Shown: positions 12,394-30,486, counted from the first letter of the stretch. The stretch is DNA of 64,000 nucleotides from Eledone cirrhosa (GCA_964016885.1 OZ024741.1:104408001-104472000), one strand, 5' to 3'. Made by a program: numbers and translations. The notes: a model not told the origin generated them from the sequence alone.

Positions 12394-12674
12394 AGAACAT
12401 CTTATATATATCACTAACAGGTTGATAAAATATCATTCCATGGGGTTGACAAAATCTCAAGCAACTTAATTGTAAGGAGCCTGACCAAAATTCTTGACCG
12501 CAAAAACAGTCTATAAATTGAAAAATATATGTCAGACCACTTCAATAGCTTTATTTTTCAATTCATAGACTGTTTTTGTGATCAAGCTCCATATATTTAA
12601 GTTGTTTGAAATTTTATATATCCCCAAGGAACAATACTTTATCGACCTGTTAATGATATATATTAAGATGTTCT
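12394..12674. repeat. Imperfect ~280-bp palindrome (MITE/fold-back), probably in the 3' UTR of the EPT1 gene
   Basis: AGAACATCTTA...AACAGGTTGATAAA...AAAACAGTCTAT pairs with ATAGACTGTTTT...TTTATCGACCTGTT...TAAGATGTTCT; flanked by (TA)n. Confidence 0.8.
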
Positions 12675-13269
12675 ATATATGTTTGCTTCTCTGAATAAGT
12701 TGTCTTAAAGATATCTTTTCATTGAGATGTTATGTACACTTGTGAGGAATTTTAATTGTGTATTATATATATATATGTATGTATGTGTATATATATATAT
12801 ATAAATATGTATATGCTAACATGATACACATACACACATATATATATATATATGCACACACATACACACACACTTACATATAAATATATATATAACCAAG
12901 TGAACTGGCATACATATTTATGTCTGCACAACCAAATGGGACACGTATTGACACCCACATCAATGGACACGTATGCACATGTGCGAACACACACCACACA
13001 CACTCTCTCTTATACAGACACACAATAACAACACATGCTACACATGTTCTCTTTATATATATGAACTGATGTCCAAAAAATAAGTCATTCTTGAAGACTA
13101 GGTGTCTATATATTTGAACTTTACAAAGAGAGTTTGTCAAGAATCATGCTATCGACAATGCCTGCTTGTTTGGCCATTACACTAGGCATTGATTATTTAG
13201 ACAAATTTATTATCATCATCATCATTATTATTATTAATATTATTATTATTATTGTTGTTGTTGTGTTAT

Positions 13270-14880
13270 TATCATCATCCAGCTGTTTATGTTGTGAGTT
13301 CTGAGGTCTACTTTGTCTTTCATCCCACTGGGGTTAATAAAATAAAGTACTGGAGTCAATGTAATCGACTTTCCCCTCCCCAGAAATTGCTAACCTTATG
13401 CTTATATTAGAATTATTATAAGGTGGTGGGTTAGCAGTATCGGTAGAGCATCAGACAAAATGCTTTGCGGCATATAATTACAGCTCCTGACATTTTTAGT
13501 TCAAATCCCACTGGGATCAATGAAATAAAGTACCAGTAACACTGGGTTTGATTTGATCCACTTTCTCCTTCCCTTCAAATTGCTGGTCTTGTGCCAAAAG
13601 TAGAAACAATTATTATTTGGGTTGTGGATTAACAGTATCGATAGGAAAACATGCTTTGCAGCATGAAGTTATGTTCCTTTACGTTCTGATTTCAAATCCT
13701 GCTGAGGTTAGCTTTGCCTTTCGTCCGTACGGGATCAATTTATATCGAATTTGCCCTCCCCCAAAATTGTTAGCCTTGTGCCTAAATCAAAAACCATTAT
13801 TATTTTTATTGTCGGACGCCATGCTTTGACGTATAGAGTTACGGCTCTTTATGATCTGAGCTCAAATCCCGCCGACGAGGTTAACTTTGCCTTTCATCCT
13901 TATGGGGTCGATAAAATAAAGTACCAGTCACGCATTGGGGTCGATTTAATCGACTTTCCCCTCCCCCCAAATTACTGGCCTTGTGCCTATATAAGAAACA
14001 ATTATTATTATTATTATTATAATTATTTGGTGGATTGGCAGTATCGGTAGAGCATTGGACACCATGCTTCGTAGCATAGATTTACAGCCCTTTATGTTCT
14101 GAGTTCAAATCCTACCGAGGTTAGCTTTGCCTTTTATCCTTACACAGTCAATAAAATAAAGTACCAGTCGCACACTGGGGTCGATTTAATTGAGTTTCTC
14201 CTCCCTGCAAATTGTTGGCCTTGTACCTAAATCAGAAACCATTATTATTACTATCACTGTCAATGGCGGTGGATTGGCAGTATCGGTAGAGGGTCGGACA
14301 CCATGCTTTGATGCCATTCTGAGTTCAAATCCCGCCGAGGTTAACTTTGCCTTTCATCCTTACAGGGTCGATAAAATAAAGTACCAGTAATGCACTGGGA
14401 TAATTGCTGGCCTTGTGCCAAAAGTAGAAACAATTATTATCATTGTCACTGGGGCAATAGATTACCTTCCTGTATTTATGTACCTTTCCATTCTGAGTTT
14501 GAATCCTACCAAGGGCTCATAAAATAAAGTACAGTATTAAGATCAATGTAGTTGCTTGCATAATAATTACGATTATTATTATTTGTTAGGGTGGTGGATT
14601 ACCAGAATCAGTGGAGCATCAGGCAGTTATGGTCTTTGACATCTGAGGTCACATTTGTTTTTCATTCTATCAGGGTTGATAAAATAAAGTGCCAGTCATG
14701 TACTGGGGTAGGTGTAATCAACGTTTCCCCTCTTCACAAATTGTTGGTCTTCAATTAGAAATCATTATTATAATAATTATTAGGTTAACTTTGCCTTTCA
14801 TCCTTACGGGGTCGATAAAATAAAGTACCAGTAATGCACTGGGTAATTGCTGGCCTTGTGCCAAAAGTAGAAACAATTAT
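13270..14880 (+). mobile_element. Head-to-tail cluster of about 7 tRNA-derived SINE copies
   Basis: Repeated GAGTTCAAATCC...GCCTTTCATCC...GATAAAATAAAGTACCAG...TTGTGCC...AGAAACAATTATT units separated by (ATT)n. Confidence 0.85.
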
Positions 14881-17800
14881 TATAATAGTTGTAGATCAAA
14901 GTGAATATAAGATGATGGCAGGCATACACCAGCATGGACAAGATAATGATACAAGAGAGGACAAGGTAAGGTGATGGAAGGCATACTCAATAAACTGCTG
15001 CACAAAGTTGAAAAGGTTAAAGTCTGACCCATTAAGCTGGAGCTTAGTTTCATTAGCATTAAGTGATTGTGGGTACAAAGCTTCCCTTGACAGGATGCCA
15101 GTCCATCACAGGTTTAGCCTCCAGCTACTATTGCTGGTACTCATTTTCAGCTGAGTGTATTGGAGCAACATGAAGTAAAGTGTTTTGCTCAGGAACACAC
15201 CATGCCACTTGGTCCAAGAATTGAAGCTACATCATTATGGTCTTGAGCCCAACACCCTAATTAATAAACCCCAGCTTTTTTTATGCACAGGGTACTTTGT
15301 AGTATTTAGTTATTTCTTTTTATGTTCAATAAAAATGTTTGGTCTAGTGGTTAAGAAGCTGGACTCACAATCATAAGCTTGTGGGTTCAATATCCTGACT
15401 GGGTGATTCTCAGTGTCTTTGAACAATGCACTTCATTCTACGTTGTCCCAGTTCACTCTGTTGAAAATGAGTACCAGCTGCAGCTTGGGATTAGCCCTGT
15501 GATGGACCCATGTCCCTTCCAGAAAGGAGCCTTGTACTCACAGTCACTTAATACCCATGAAACTGGGATCATCTCTGGACTTTGTCTAACCTCTGCAAGA
15601 ATGGAAAAAGACATACAATTATAACTCTGACTCTTTTATGTTCTGAGTTGAAATACTAAGTTCCAGTAGCTTTTCATGTTTTTAGTGTTGATAAAATAAG
15701 GCATTATTACCTTTTGGGGTTGCTTAAACTGTAGTTATACACTAATATTAGAACTCTTCTTCCTGCTCATTTAACACTTACTAAATATTCTACAATATCT
15801 AGTTATGGTTCTTTATTTTTTTAATTGTAGTCCCTCTCATCAATTTGTTTTTATCTTTCACCTTTCCAGAGTTATAGATACAGTAAATAGAGCCAAAGAA
15901 GAATCTAATTAGTTATTTCTTTATCAATAAGGACACCTGTGTACCTGAAGCTGACCCTAGCAACCATCAAATAAAATTCATTGTTGAGTGAAGGTTGACT
16001 ACTTAATTATTCCATCATTCAATAATATGGCTGGTACTTGCCAAGTAAGGTTAAATATTAACATACTAGGGGCACTTGAGTTGGACTTTAGTGAGTCACA
16101 CTCACTGAAGTGGTGAAATACTAACATATTAGCAGCACTTGAGTTGATGTTTGTGTTCAGAAGCTTCCATATAATTATTTGACCTGTTAGAAATAGTAGC
16201 TAAATCTCTCAAAATATACAAAAAACGCAGGATGGTTATGGCTGGAACATCTTTGCTCCAAATTTGCTTGATCGTGGCTGACCTGGGGCTAAACAACAAC
16301 ACTGGGTCTTAATTGATGGTATCTTTTAAAATGTACTTGCCTAAGACTTCACACATGTCAGTATATGTGTTGTATTGTGTGTGTGTGTGTTCTATAGAAT
16401 GTAATTTCTTTAACCCTTTTGATACCAAACTGTGAAACCACCCCTGGTTCTGCAATACAAACCTTTTTGTTATTAAGTGTTTATATTTATTTAGTAACAT
16501 AGGCAGTGTTTTTCCATCATCCTCCTCTTTTCCCACATTTTTTCAAATTTTTTTTTAGATATAACTGTTGCTATATACATATGTATATTTGGAATCTCCT
16601 AATGTCTTGTGAGACAACGGATCTAGTCTTAGGAAGTTTCTCTATAAAGTGTACTCCTGGGTAAAGTATTTTTAGGGAAAACCAGCAGCTACTCAAACAG
16701 CAGATCATCCCTCTCCATGTTACTAATGTTGTTCAAGGCAAAAGCTAATACAGATTGGCACCAGTGATGTCACAAGCGAACTCAGCAAAGCGTGAACAGA
16801 GATGCCACAGTGCATCATGTCTGATGCTGTAACGATTCTGCCCAATTAATCTCCTTGGACTGGTATTTTATCAACCCTGAAAGAATATAAAATAAAGTTG
16901 ACCTCAGCAGGATTTAAACTCTGAGTGCAGAGAGCCAGAGCAAATGCTGCAAAGTATTTAATGTTTTAATGTGTCTGTCAATTTGCCATTTTATGTTTAT
17001 GATAGTTAAACAAAAATGTGTGGAACTGTTTACAGAAGAAAAAGAGAAAATTTTGCAAGATAACCAGAATATGAAGAGATTGAATTAGAAGAGTACTGAT
17101 TGACAATATGACTGTGATGTGCTCTAATTTGGGGAATAGTGTTTTGCAAAAGAAATTCTTGTTTATCATAAAATTCAAAGAAATCTTGTAGGGGGGGGGG
17201 GGGGGGGAACTTGAATGAAAGTAAGCTTTGTATTTATTGAACTTTGGGAGAAAATATTTATTTCCTGTTTAATTGAAATAATCACGACAAATGCTAAACG
17301 GTTAATGCAGTTTCTTATTTAAGATGATATATTTAGGAATTTTGCTTAGCCTGGTATTAAAAACTTGGACAAGCATTCAAGCTGTTTATATGCATGATTT
17401 TCCAGATCTAATGTTGTCATAGCACTCTAAGTGTATCAACAATGGTAATTCTGGGAAATAAAGCTGTTTACGTTATATTCATCAACCAGACTATATATTC
17501 CAAACAGGGCTCACTTATTAGTTGTTACATGATTTGCTTTTCCATCGGATTATCTTAATATAAATATGGCCCGATGGTTTAATTGTATCAAATGAAAATA
17601 AACAAAAGGCCATGTTCATAGATGCTGGGGTAAAGGTGGCACCATTTTTAGTGGAAGATATTCCAGGGAAAGCTTGTAAAAGGTTCATCAAGAATAAATA
17701 CTAACTTGTCTTCATATTAGACTGAGTGAGACAAAATGTATGTACTGTTAAACTGAAAGAATCTATCACAAGTTCAGGTTTACAAATGTTCATAGCAAAA

Positions 17801-20800
17801 TAATACTGAATATCAGGCCATTTGACAAAATGACTCTGGTATTGGTTATACACATATTGAAATAGGTTTGTATCATTATGGTGTGAATGTATACATGACA
17901 GTGTGAATATGTCTGTTTCGCATGGAAGTTTGTGTTCTAAGGTAGAAAGTAAGTGATAGTGTGTAAAAGAAGTTAACAACTATCACCAAAACAGTAAGTC
18001 AAAGGCTCCTTGAAAGACAGGTAACTTGAATATGTGTATGTATAACTGTGTGTGTTTAGTGGGTGGACTTTGAAAAGTAATTTGGTACAGGTGTTTGAAT
18101 TTCAACAAATGGCTTGTTGATTCAGTGATCTGTTCATTTAAATATTATTCTCCCCCTCCTAGTTGTCTGTGTGGTGGATATGGTTAATATTGGGGATGAG
18201 GAAAACAACGAGGGCGGCAATCTCGATGACATCGCCAGTGGTAACAACAGCAAGGACCAAAATGGTGGGGGGGTCACAATATTCAGGTTCTCAATGTTGG
18301 GGTGAGATCAAATGTTCACCAAGGAAAAACTACTCAACAAAAAGAACTTGTCACAGCATGCAAATGTGTGGTTTACAAGACTTACCTCAGACATCCGCAT
18401 GACTCTGAAGAGTAATACTATTAACTACTATATAATACACACAGGCACATGCAGACAAAACATACATACCCATCTCCAGAAGTGAACATGTGTGCCCAAA
18501 GATGTACACACTCAACCTGCACCTAAAGTTTACACCACGTCCTTAGCACAGATCTGTTGGTAAACCACTAATACATGCCTATCTGCAGTGAAAACCACAT
18601 GAATATACTCACAGAACACACATACCTCTCTGATATGACCCATAGAGAATGTGTGTGTGTGTCTGTGGAGAGTATGTCACTACTATGACAAATAGGTATG
18701 TACACGCACCAGTGAACAGAATGCGCATAGTGTAATCACAATAAACCCCCAGCCAACACACACAGCACTTCTTTTCACTTTAGGAGGGAAAAAAAACCAC
18801 ACCAATACAACATAACCACAACACATCAACTACGCACACTAAAAGAAGTAAATAACCTACACTCAAACACCGAAACAGAAAAAAAAAGCTTTACAATTTT
18901 GATCTCGCCTCCACATGAGAACCTGAATGAAGTTGGTGAATTGAATATTCCAGATTTGAAGTTGTAGTTATTGATGATACTTAGTCTTTTCCCTTGTTTG
19001 CCTTCCTTAAGATTCTCCTCATCTATGACATAACTAAACGAGAGGAAATCTGACTTAAGATTCTGGCTATCAATATTTACTTCCACCTCAATTTCTAAGT
19101 CTCAGTGCTGGTAAATTTATCATAGAAAGGTAATCATAGGTTGTAACGTAATGAGGAAACTAATGTTTGTCTTATTGTCATGATCATTTAATGTCCATTT
19201 TCCTTGTTAGCAATGAATGGGTCGCCACAGACTGAGTCAGTACTCATGTGGAGCTACTGACCTCTCGAATGTGTTGCATCACTTGCTTACATTCTTGCAT
19301 TCTAGTGGTTGCTCGGGTAGGCCAGGGGTTTGCATCTTGTTTACCAAATATTCCCGTGCTTTACCAAGTGCATTTTTTTTTCTGCACTGTGCACACTACA
19401 GCTTATATTGTGATATGTATTGGGCAGATAGAAAAATGACAAAACTGACTGAAGGTCAGTGACGTTTTACTAGTATACATTATTTTCATTATTTGTTTTT
19501 ACACTGCTCTTTATCATCTTTATCTTGGACACGATAAGATCATTCTTCACTCATCACTAACATGGCTCTTAATTGAACTATTATTCTAAATAATCCACAC
19601 TTCTGTTGCCTGATACATCTACTTGTCATATAATATTCATAACAACTCGACTACATAACATCTCTTTTATTTGTGCACACTTTAAGCTAATAAAAACAAC
19701 ATTTATAGCATTGATACTGTAACGTTGTGACTTGATATGCAAAAGGACAACAAACATTACAATACAGATTCTGTTCTTATAAATATTGTGGTATAATCTT
19801 GTCATTATACTGTCAGTAAAGTTATTTAAGATATAATGTAAACACATCTGAACTAATCAGTATTCTGTTTATTGCTATAAACTGCTAGCTTCACACTTCA
19901 GCTAAGAAATAAGTGGTTACTGAAGTGCCATTCTGTTACATTTGTCATTTTAGCGAAACACTTTCGGTCTACATCTAATCAAGACTGAAATGAAGAATTT
20001 GTTGTTGAATACATGTATTTGTGTGTGTATCAAAAGTGGAACTATACAATCAAATCTGAAAGGAGAGGTGAGACAGTCTTATAGATTGTAATTGCCAGCC
20101 ACAGAATGAAGCAGTTTATATCAGGCAAAACAAATGTTAAGAGTTAGGTTAAACCGTGGAAAAAGTTAGTGATGCATTTAGGAAATAAGCAGAGCACGAA
20201 CATTCAAAAGTATTTGAAGAAATCAACTTACTTTCATTAAAAACTGTTTATTCACAATTGTTTCTGGTAGATTGTGAAATGAATTTGTCTAATTGTCTGT
20301 AAATTCAAATTATGATATGGTTTCCTTGATTTCTATTGCTTGACTATAAATTGAAATAAATTTATACCATTCTGAGGAAGTATCTTGTGAATGAAGTTCG
20401 TTCATTAATGAAAATAAGTTGATTGTTTGCGACAATTAGACATGCATTTCATAAAATACCGGAAACAATTTTAAGTGATTAAAACTGCTTTTAAAGAAAT
20501 TAGGTTGATTTTCTTCAGATACTTTTGAAAATATATATATATATATATATTGAATTTCGACTCCTACCATCATGTAAATTTCTGAACCAGTAGCCAACTG
20601 GTTGATGGCATTGTGAGGATGTGTAGGGATTTCAGTTAATGTACTATTATGTCACCTTTCTCATTCACTGCCAAAGCCAACACGGACTGGAATCAAATTC
20701 TGTCAATTGATTGGTTATTGATTAGGCGAAACCTGCTGATGAAGACACATGCCCCAGTTGTGCATTGTTGCATAATAAATGCAGACAGTGGATGTTGCTG

Positions 20801-21340
20801 CATTAAGTGTGGCTTAAACTCGAGTATGGATTTAGATTTATGGTACCCATAACGTGTTCTATTGAAGCAAATAACTGTGTGTCTACTCTAGGATTTTTAC
20901 ATAACCTTACCTATTGAGTACACTGAGATGCAACTGGAACAAGCAGTGAAACTTATGCTAGTCCCGTCAACTTCTTACATACATGCATTAGATATATATA
21001 TATATCATCATCACTGTTTAACAGCTATTTACCATGCTTGTAGGAGTTAAATAGGCTGCCACATACTGCGGCTAGACTGATCAGGTGACCATTTATTTCT
21101 CATATGCTCCATTTTTGGCATAGTTTCAATGGCTGGAGGCTCTTCCTAATGTCAATCACTTTGTTGTGTGACTCTGGCACTACCAACATAAAGGGTTAAA
21201 TGGATGTATTTTATTGTGGCACCAGCACTACCACCTTACAGAGTGTACTGTCTGCTTTTTGTCATAGCACTAGCACTACCACCATACTTGGTGGAATGGG
21301 GTTATATTATTGTGGCACCAGCAGTACCTCATTTACATAC

Positions 21341-22400
21341 TTTTTTTAAACACGTTAGTTTTTATTGTTGTATCGGATGAAAGAATGGTATTTAACTAAT
21401 GTATTGGTACGCGATGGGGCCCACCCACAGCCCCGGCGAACAGAATGAAAAAGACGTTTCCCAGAGGATGGCAAGGGAGGCGCGCTGGAAAAGCCACTCC
21501 AACTCGCGGGGCTCACACCTACGGCTGGCCAGCTCAGCGCCTATGGTGGTGAGTAAGGAGGTAGCCCTGGGGCCGAGGACACCAGAAGTTTCCACTGCCA
21601 GGGGAACGACCGCAAACCTGTCGGAGAGCGATCGGTATTTGGGGAGTTTGGCCCCCTCAGCCCGATGTGCAGCTGAACCTGTCAGTCGCAGACTACACCA
21701 GATTGCAGCTGCAGAAAGTGTCGGTGCAAGTGGCATCCCAGACGAGGAGTTTGCCACCGCGGAACGGGAACATGGTCATGCCATCTGGCCTTTTGCCGTC
21801 CCTTAGATCCAGCCCCACTGTCTCGAGCTGGGAAGGGAAGCCTGCAGCGTCCAAGCCATGCTTAATGACCTCGTTGAGGGCAGCATGGCGTGGAATGCAG
21901 CCGGCACTGTGGCATCAGGAAAGCGGGTGGAGGCTGAAAGAGTCGACAGTGGAACCGCAGTGACATTGGTGTGGCTGGCAGATCCGGAGGCCGAGCCTCA
22001 GGGAAACGCCGATTCACAGGCTATGGTTGTCTAGCTGCGTGCCAGTGGAGAAGGGATGGAGCCAGGCACCACTGTGGGGTTTGGAGGTCGCACGAAAACA
22101 AGCAAGGCGGTGCTGGTCGAGCTGGAGCGTGGGCCAGGCTGCACTGGATGGCATCCCAAGTGCGTTGGGGGGACTTGACGTCAACAGGGGGAGGAGGAGG
22201 AGGGACGTCTACTGGGCTAAGTCCTATGTCTCACAGGCGGCTTCACGTTCTCTGAATACAGAGGGTTCTGTTGTGTTTTGAAGAACCCTGCTGATGAGGA
22301 CGCGGCACGAGGTTACCGACGAAAGATATGCCGGCAAAGCTAGTGAGATCGGGGACCGGAGGCCAAGGCCGCCATACCTGACCTGTAAAGTGGCCTGGTG
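21341..22400 (-). mobile_element. CRE-like non-LTR retrotransposon 3' part (CCHC finger plus restriction-like endonuclease), decayed
   Basis: Minus strand reads [16 protein letters not shown]...RHAALN, DGKRPDGMTMFPFRGGKLLVWDATCTDTF and KY..L..RF..VPLAVETSGVLG; GC-rich; A-rich 3' end near 21341. Confidence 0.8.
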
Positions 22401-23693
22401 CTAGGTGTGTCCTTGGCCAGACTCTGTAGACATTGGTGGGAGGGGGGGGGGGGGGGTGCAGACTATATGCTACTTGCTGGAAGAGAGGGTGCATCCAACC
22501 CTGGCAGAGGAAGTGTTGGATCAAATGGGTGGCCTTGAAGTGAGTGTTGTCTGGTGGTGGGTTGTTACAGTATGTGCAACATCTTTTGAGAGGAAAAGCT
22601 GACATGTTGATCGATATGGTGGGTTGTTGCAGTATGTGCAACCTCTCATGGAAGGCAAAGCTGACATGTTGATCCACCAAATGAGGTGGGATAGACAGGG
22701 GGAATTTTTTCTTGTCCCCACATCTAAAGGAGTGTGTAATCTGAGTTAATATACCCTTGAACTCATAAACTATTAGCCCCATATAATTACTCAGGGTGCC
22801 ATCTTGTGGTGTAAGGGTGGCTCTGTAGACTACACCCCTTTAGAAGCAGGATCCACCAAGAAGACATTTGGCTGTTATAGGCTGGTGTATATATTGGGGT
22901 TTGTTTAGGTGTATGCTTTTTTTTTTTTTTAATATTGAAAGCTATGCTATCGAAAGTAGCTAAGTTTAACATTGTGTAAGTTGAAAACTTTATGGTATCT
23001 GAGTCTGTATGGGAAGTGTCTTCTAATTATGGACAGGAAACTGTTACATTTGTAGATACAGTTAGATTGGGTGGAGTGTTCAACCAGGTCTAGAGTGATG
23101 ATTAGGGAGTTGATTTGGTTAAGTTAATGGCAATCATGATGTTTAAGCTAAACTCTTTTAAGATCATAAAACTTTTTCTGTACCTTTCCATGGCATGGCC
23201 TGTCATAGAACTTGATATTGACAGGCCATAGTCACTACACAGGACTGAACTATGGGGATAAGGCAAGGATGAATAACTAGGATAAAACCCAGCCTGTTGA
23301 ATCTCAATGCTCGATGAAGAATTTAACTTAACTAATCTGGTCAGATGAAAACCGGGATAATATACTAGAGAGGGGAAATATGTGTTCAGCAGCTCTGCCT
23401 GACATTTCAGGAGTAGTTTCCTCCTACATATTTAATGCACCAGCTTCCACTTTCAGCGCCTACTCTTCATTTGTATCTTATGAAGATGAAGTGCAGCTGT
23501 CAGTCCTTCCTAATACGTTTTCAGTATGGTTACAAAACAGCAGAAACATGTTTAAACTGGCCAACTATCTATCCATCTGCTCTTTTTATTCCTCCTCCAT
23601 TTATTTATTTATTTAAATTGACTAATTAGAATAATATGTCTACCTACTGAGTCATCTCTTTCCCAGAACAAAAATTAGATATTTTAGCTTTGT

Positions 23694-24606
23694 GTGTATA
23701 TATATATATATATAATGTATATATATATATATATATATAATGTATATATATGTATATATAATTTATATGTATATATATATATATATAATTTATATATATA
23801 TATAATGTATATGTATATATATATATATAATGTATATATATATAATGTATATATATATAATGTATATATATATAATGTATATATATATAATGTATATGTA
23901 TATATATATAATGTATATGTATATATATATAATGTATATATATATATATATAATGTATATATATATATATATAATGTATATATATATATATATATATATA
24001 ATGTATATATATATATATATATAATGTATATATATATATATATATATATAATGTATATATATATATATATATAATGTATATATATATATATAATGTATAT
24101 ATATATATATAATGTATATATATATATATAATGTATATATATATATATAATGTATATATATATATATAATGTATATGTATATATATATAATGTATATGTA
24201 TATATATATATATAATATGTATATGTATATATATATATATAATGTATATATATATATATAATGTATATATATATAATGTATATGTATATATATATATAAT
24301 GTATATATATATATATAATGTATATGTATATATATATATAATGTGTATATATATATATAATATGTATGTATATATATATGTATATATATATATATAATGT
24401 ATATATATATATATAATGTATCATCATCATTTTATGTCCGCTTTTCCCTGCTTGCAAGGGTGGGACGGGTCCTATTCAGCACAGCATCTCTCCACTCGTC
24501 ACGGTCCTTCGTCATCTCCACCGTGAGCTTCAATGATCTGAGGTCTGTTCTCACCACCTCCGCCCATGTTTTTCGTGGTCTACTATAATGTATATATATA
24601 TATATA

Positions 24607-24641
<35 letters not shown>

Positions 24642-25212
24642 ATGTATATATATATATAATGAATGTATATATATATATAATGAATGTATATATATATATA
24701 ATGTATATATATATATAATGAATGTATATATATATATAATGTATATATATATATATAATGAATGTATATATATATATAATGTATATATATATATATAATG
24801 TATATATATATATATAATGTATATATATATATATATAATGTATATATATATATATATAATGTATATATATATATATATAATGTATATATATATATATATA
24901 ATGTATATATATATATATATAATGTATATATATATAATGTATATATATATATATATAATGTATATATATATAATGTATATATATATATATATAATGTATA
25001 TATATATATATAATGTATATATATATATATAATGTATAAATATATATATAATGTATAAATATATATATAACGTATATATATATATATAACATTATATATA
25101 TATATATACGTTATATATATATATATATACGTTATATATATATATATATACGTTATATATATATATACATTATATATATATAGTTATATATACATTATAT
25201 ATACATTATATA
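23694..25212. repeat. (TA)n microsatellite punctuated by ATG units, containing an RTE 3' fragment at 24421-24585
   Basis: Directly visible; the punctuation changes from TAATGTA to TACATTA near 25090. Confidence 0.95.
24421..24585 (-). mobile_element. Short RTE-type 3' end (different subfamily); inverted copy at 26455-26625
   Basis: Minus strand encodes RPRKTWAEVVRTDL...RDEWR, followed by a (GAT)n tail. Confidence 0.75.
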
Positions 25213-26327
25213 TCATCATCATCAACGTTTAACGTCCGTGTTCCACGCTTGCATGGGTTTGGACGGGGGTAGTCCCACTTGAGGCAAGAGTGATTGTCTT
25301 GCTCGCATAGGACAGTCTGGCAGGTTTTCTACAGTTGGATGCCCTTCCTAACACCAACCACATTTACAGTATGGGTCTGGGAGGTTTTTACCGTGTTGCC
25401 TACACGGCCACATTACAGCGTGGACTGTGTGTTTTTTTGTCGTGACACCTACACGATCTCATTTGTTTCGGCCTCGATGGCGCGGCACCAACATAACTTT
25501 ACATAGAACGGGGTGGTGTGGATGGGGTGGGGGTGGTGGTGGTGGGACGGGGTGTATTTTGTTAGAGATGCCTACTGGCTGGAGTAGGTTTTACTATATA
25601 TTTAGGTAAGGCGGGTCTTCTCTGTTACTGAGTACCGCCAAAGGTCTCGGTCCAGTGACATTGTCTTGGAGAGGTGTAAGTGTGTGAGGTCGGAGTTTAT
25701 CAGCTCGTCCCAGGTTTTTCTAGGTCTGCCTATTCCGTGACTACCGTCTATCTTTATTGCCCTGCACTTTGTTATACAGCTATCGACTTTCATGCGCATC
25801 ACGTGTCCATACCAACGTAGCCTTCTCTCGAGTAAACAACATCTGATCCCTCTTATCTCTAATTTTTTCCTTAGTTCGTTTATGCTTTGCCGTTCACGTA
25901 TATTACTGTTACACATTCAGCGGAGCATGCAAGCTTCGTTCCTCTCTAGTCTGCGTATATCCTCTGCACACAATGCCCAGGTCTCACTGCCATGCAGCAT
26001 TGCTGTTCGTATGCAGGCATCGTACAACCTGCCTTTCATTTTTAGGGAGAACCCTTTAGCAGCTAATAGTGGTATAAGCTCTCTGAACTTTTTCCAACCA
26101 GTTCTGACTCTAGCTACAGTACTTTCAGAGCACCCTCCCCCACTGCTGATTTTATCGCCCAGGTAACGGAAGCTGTCCACTATTTCTATAGAACCCTCTG
26201 CGCAATTGAAAGAGCTAGTATTCTGTGGGCACTTGCTGCTACTTATTGCACCAGAACACCGGCCACATGTAAAATCTATGTTCTTAGTTAGCTTACCTGT
26301 GATCCCACTACATCTTTTATGCACCCT
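25213..26327 (-). mobile_element. 5'-truncated RTE LINE
   Basis: ORFs 25917-26333 and 25602-25916, split by a stop; 3' UTR and tail present; both ends in (TA)n. Confidence 0.9.
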
Positions 26328-26454
26328 ATACATACATTATATATATATATATACATTATATATATATATATACATACATTATATATATATATATATATAC
26401 ATACATTATATATATATATATATACACACATTATATATATATATATATACATTA

Positions 26455-26625
26455 TAGTAGACCACGAAAAACATGGGCGGAGGTGGTGAGAACAGACCTC
26501 AGATCATTGAAGCTCACGGTGGAGATGACGAAGGACCGTGACGAGTGGAGAGATGCTGTGCTGAATAGGACCCGTCCCACCCTTGCAAGCAGGGAAAAGC
26601 GGACATAAAATGATGATGATGATGA
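26455..26625 (+). mobile_element. Inverted duplicate of the RTE 3' end at 24421-24585
   Basis: Reverse complement with the same truncation point (TAGTAGACCACG). Confidence 0.8.
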
Positions 26626-29896
<3,271 letters not shown>

Positions 29897-30383
29897 AAAC
29901 TCTGACCTCACACACTTACACCTCTCCAAGACAATGTCACTGGACCGAGACCTTTGGCGGTACTCAGTAACAGAGAAGACCCGCCTTACCTAAATACATA
30001 GTAAAACCTACTACAATCAGTAGGCATCTCTAACAAAATACCCCCCCCCTGTCCCACCACCCCCACCCCATCCACGCCACCCCGTTCTATGTAAAGTTGT
30101 GTTGGTGCCACACCATCCAGGCCGAAACAAATGAGATCGTGTAGGTGTCACGACAAAAAAACACACAGTCCACGCTGTAATGTGGCCGTGTAGGCAACAC
30201 GGTAAAAACCTCCCAGACCCACACTGTAAATGTGGTTGGTGTTAGGAAGGGCATCCAAATGTAGAAAACCTGCCAGACAGTCCTATGCGAGCAAGACAAT
30301 CACTCTTGCCTCAAGTGGGACTACCCCCGTCCAAACCCATGCAAGCGTGGAACACGGACGTTAAACGTTGATGATGATGATGA
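29897..30383 (+). mobile_element. RTE LINE 3' fragment
   Basis: [23 protein letters not shown] plus 3' UTR and (GAT)n tail. Confidence 0.85.
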
Positions 30384-30486
30384 TATATATATATATATAT
30401 ACATATTATATATATATATATACATATTATATATATATATACACATATTATATATATATACATATTATATATATATATATACATAT

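Noticed and set aside
12108-12700. SECIS element or Sec read-through for SELENOI
   Set aside because: The stop is TAA, not TGA, and no SECIS core was recognisable by eye.
13270-14880. tRNA genes or a CRISPR-like repeat array
   Set aside because: The A/B boxes belong to SINE heads with no full cloverleaf; the repeats are long, diverged and eukaryotic, with no cas genes.
14900-21300. Short ORFs as a second host gene
   Set aside because: No recognisable protein motifs or consistent exon chain; the region looks like UTR or intergenic DNA with old repeats.
22560-22680. ~62-bp tandem duplication
   Set aside because: Only two degenerate copies, with no evident function.
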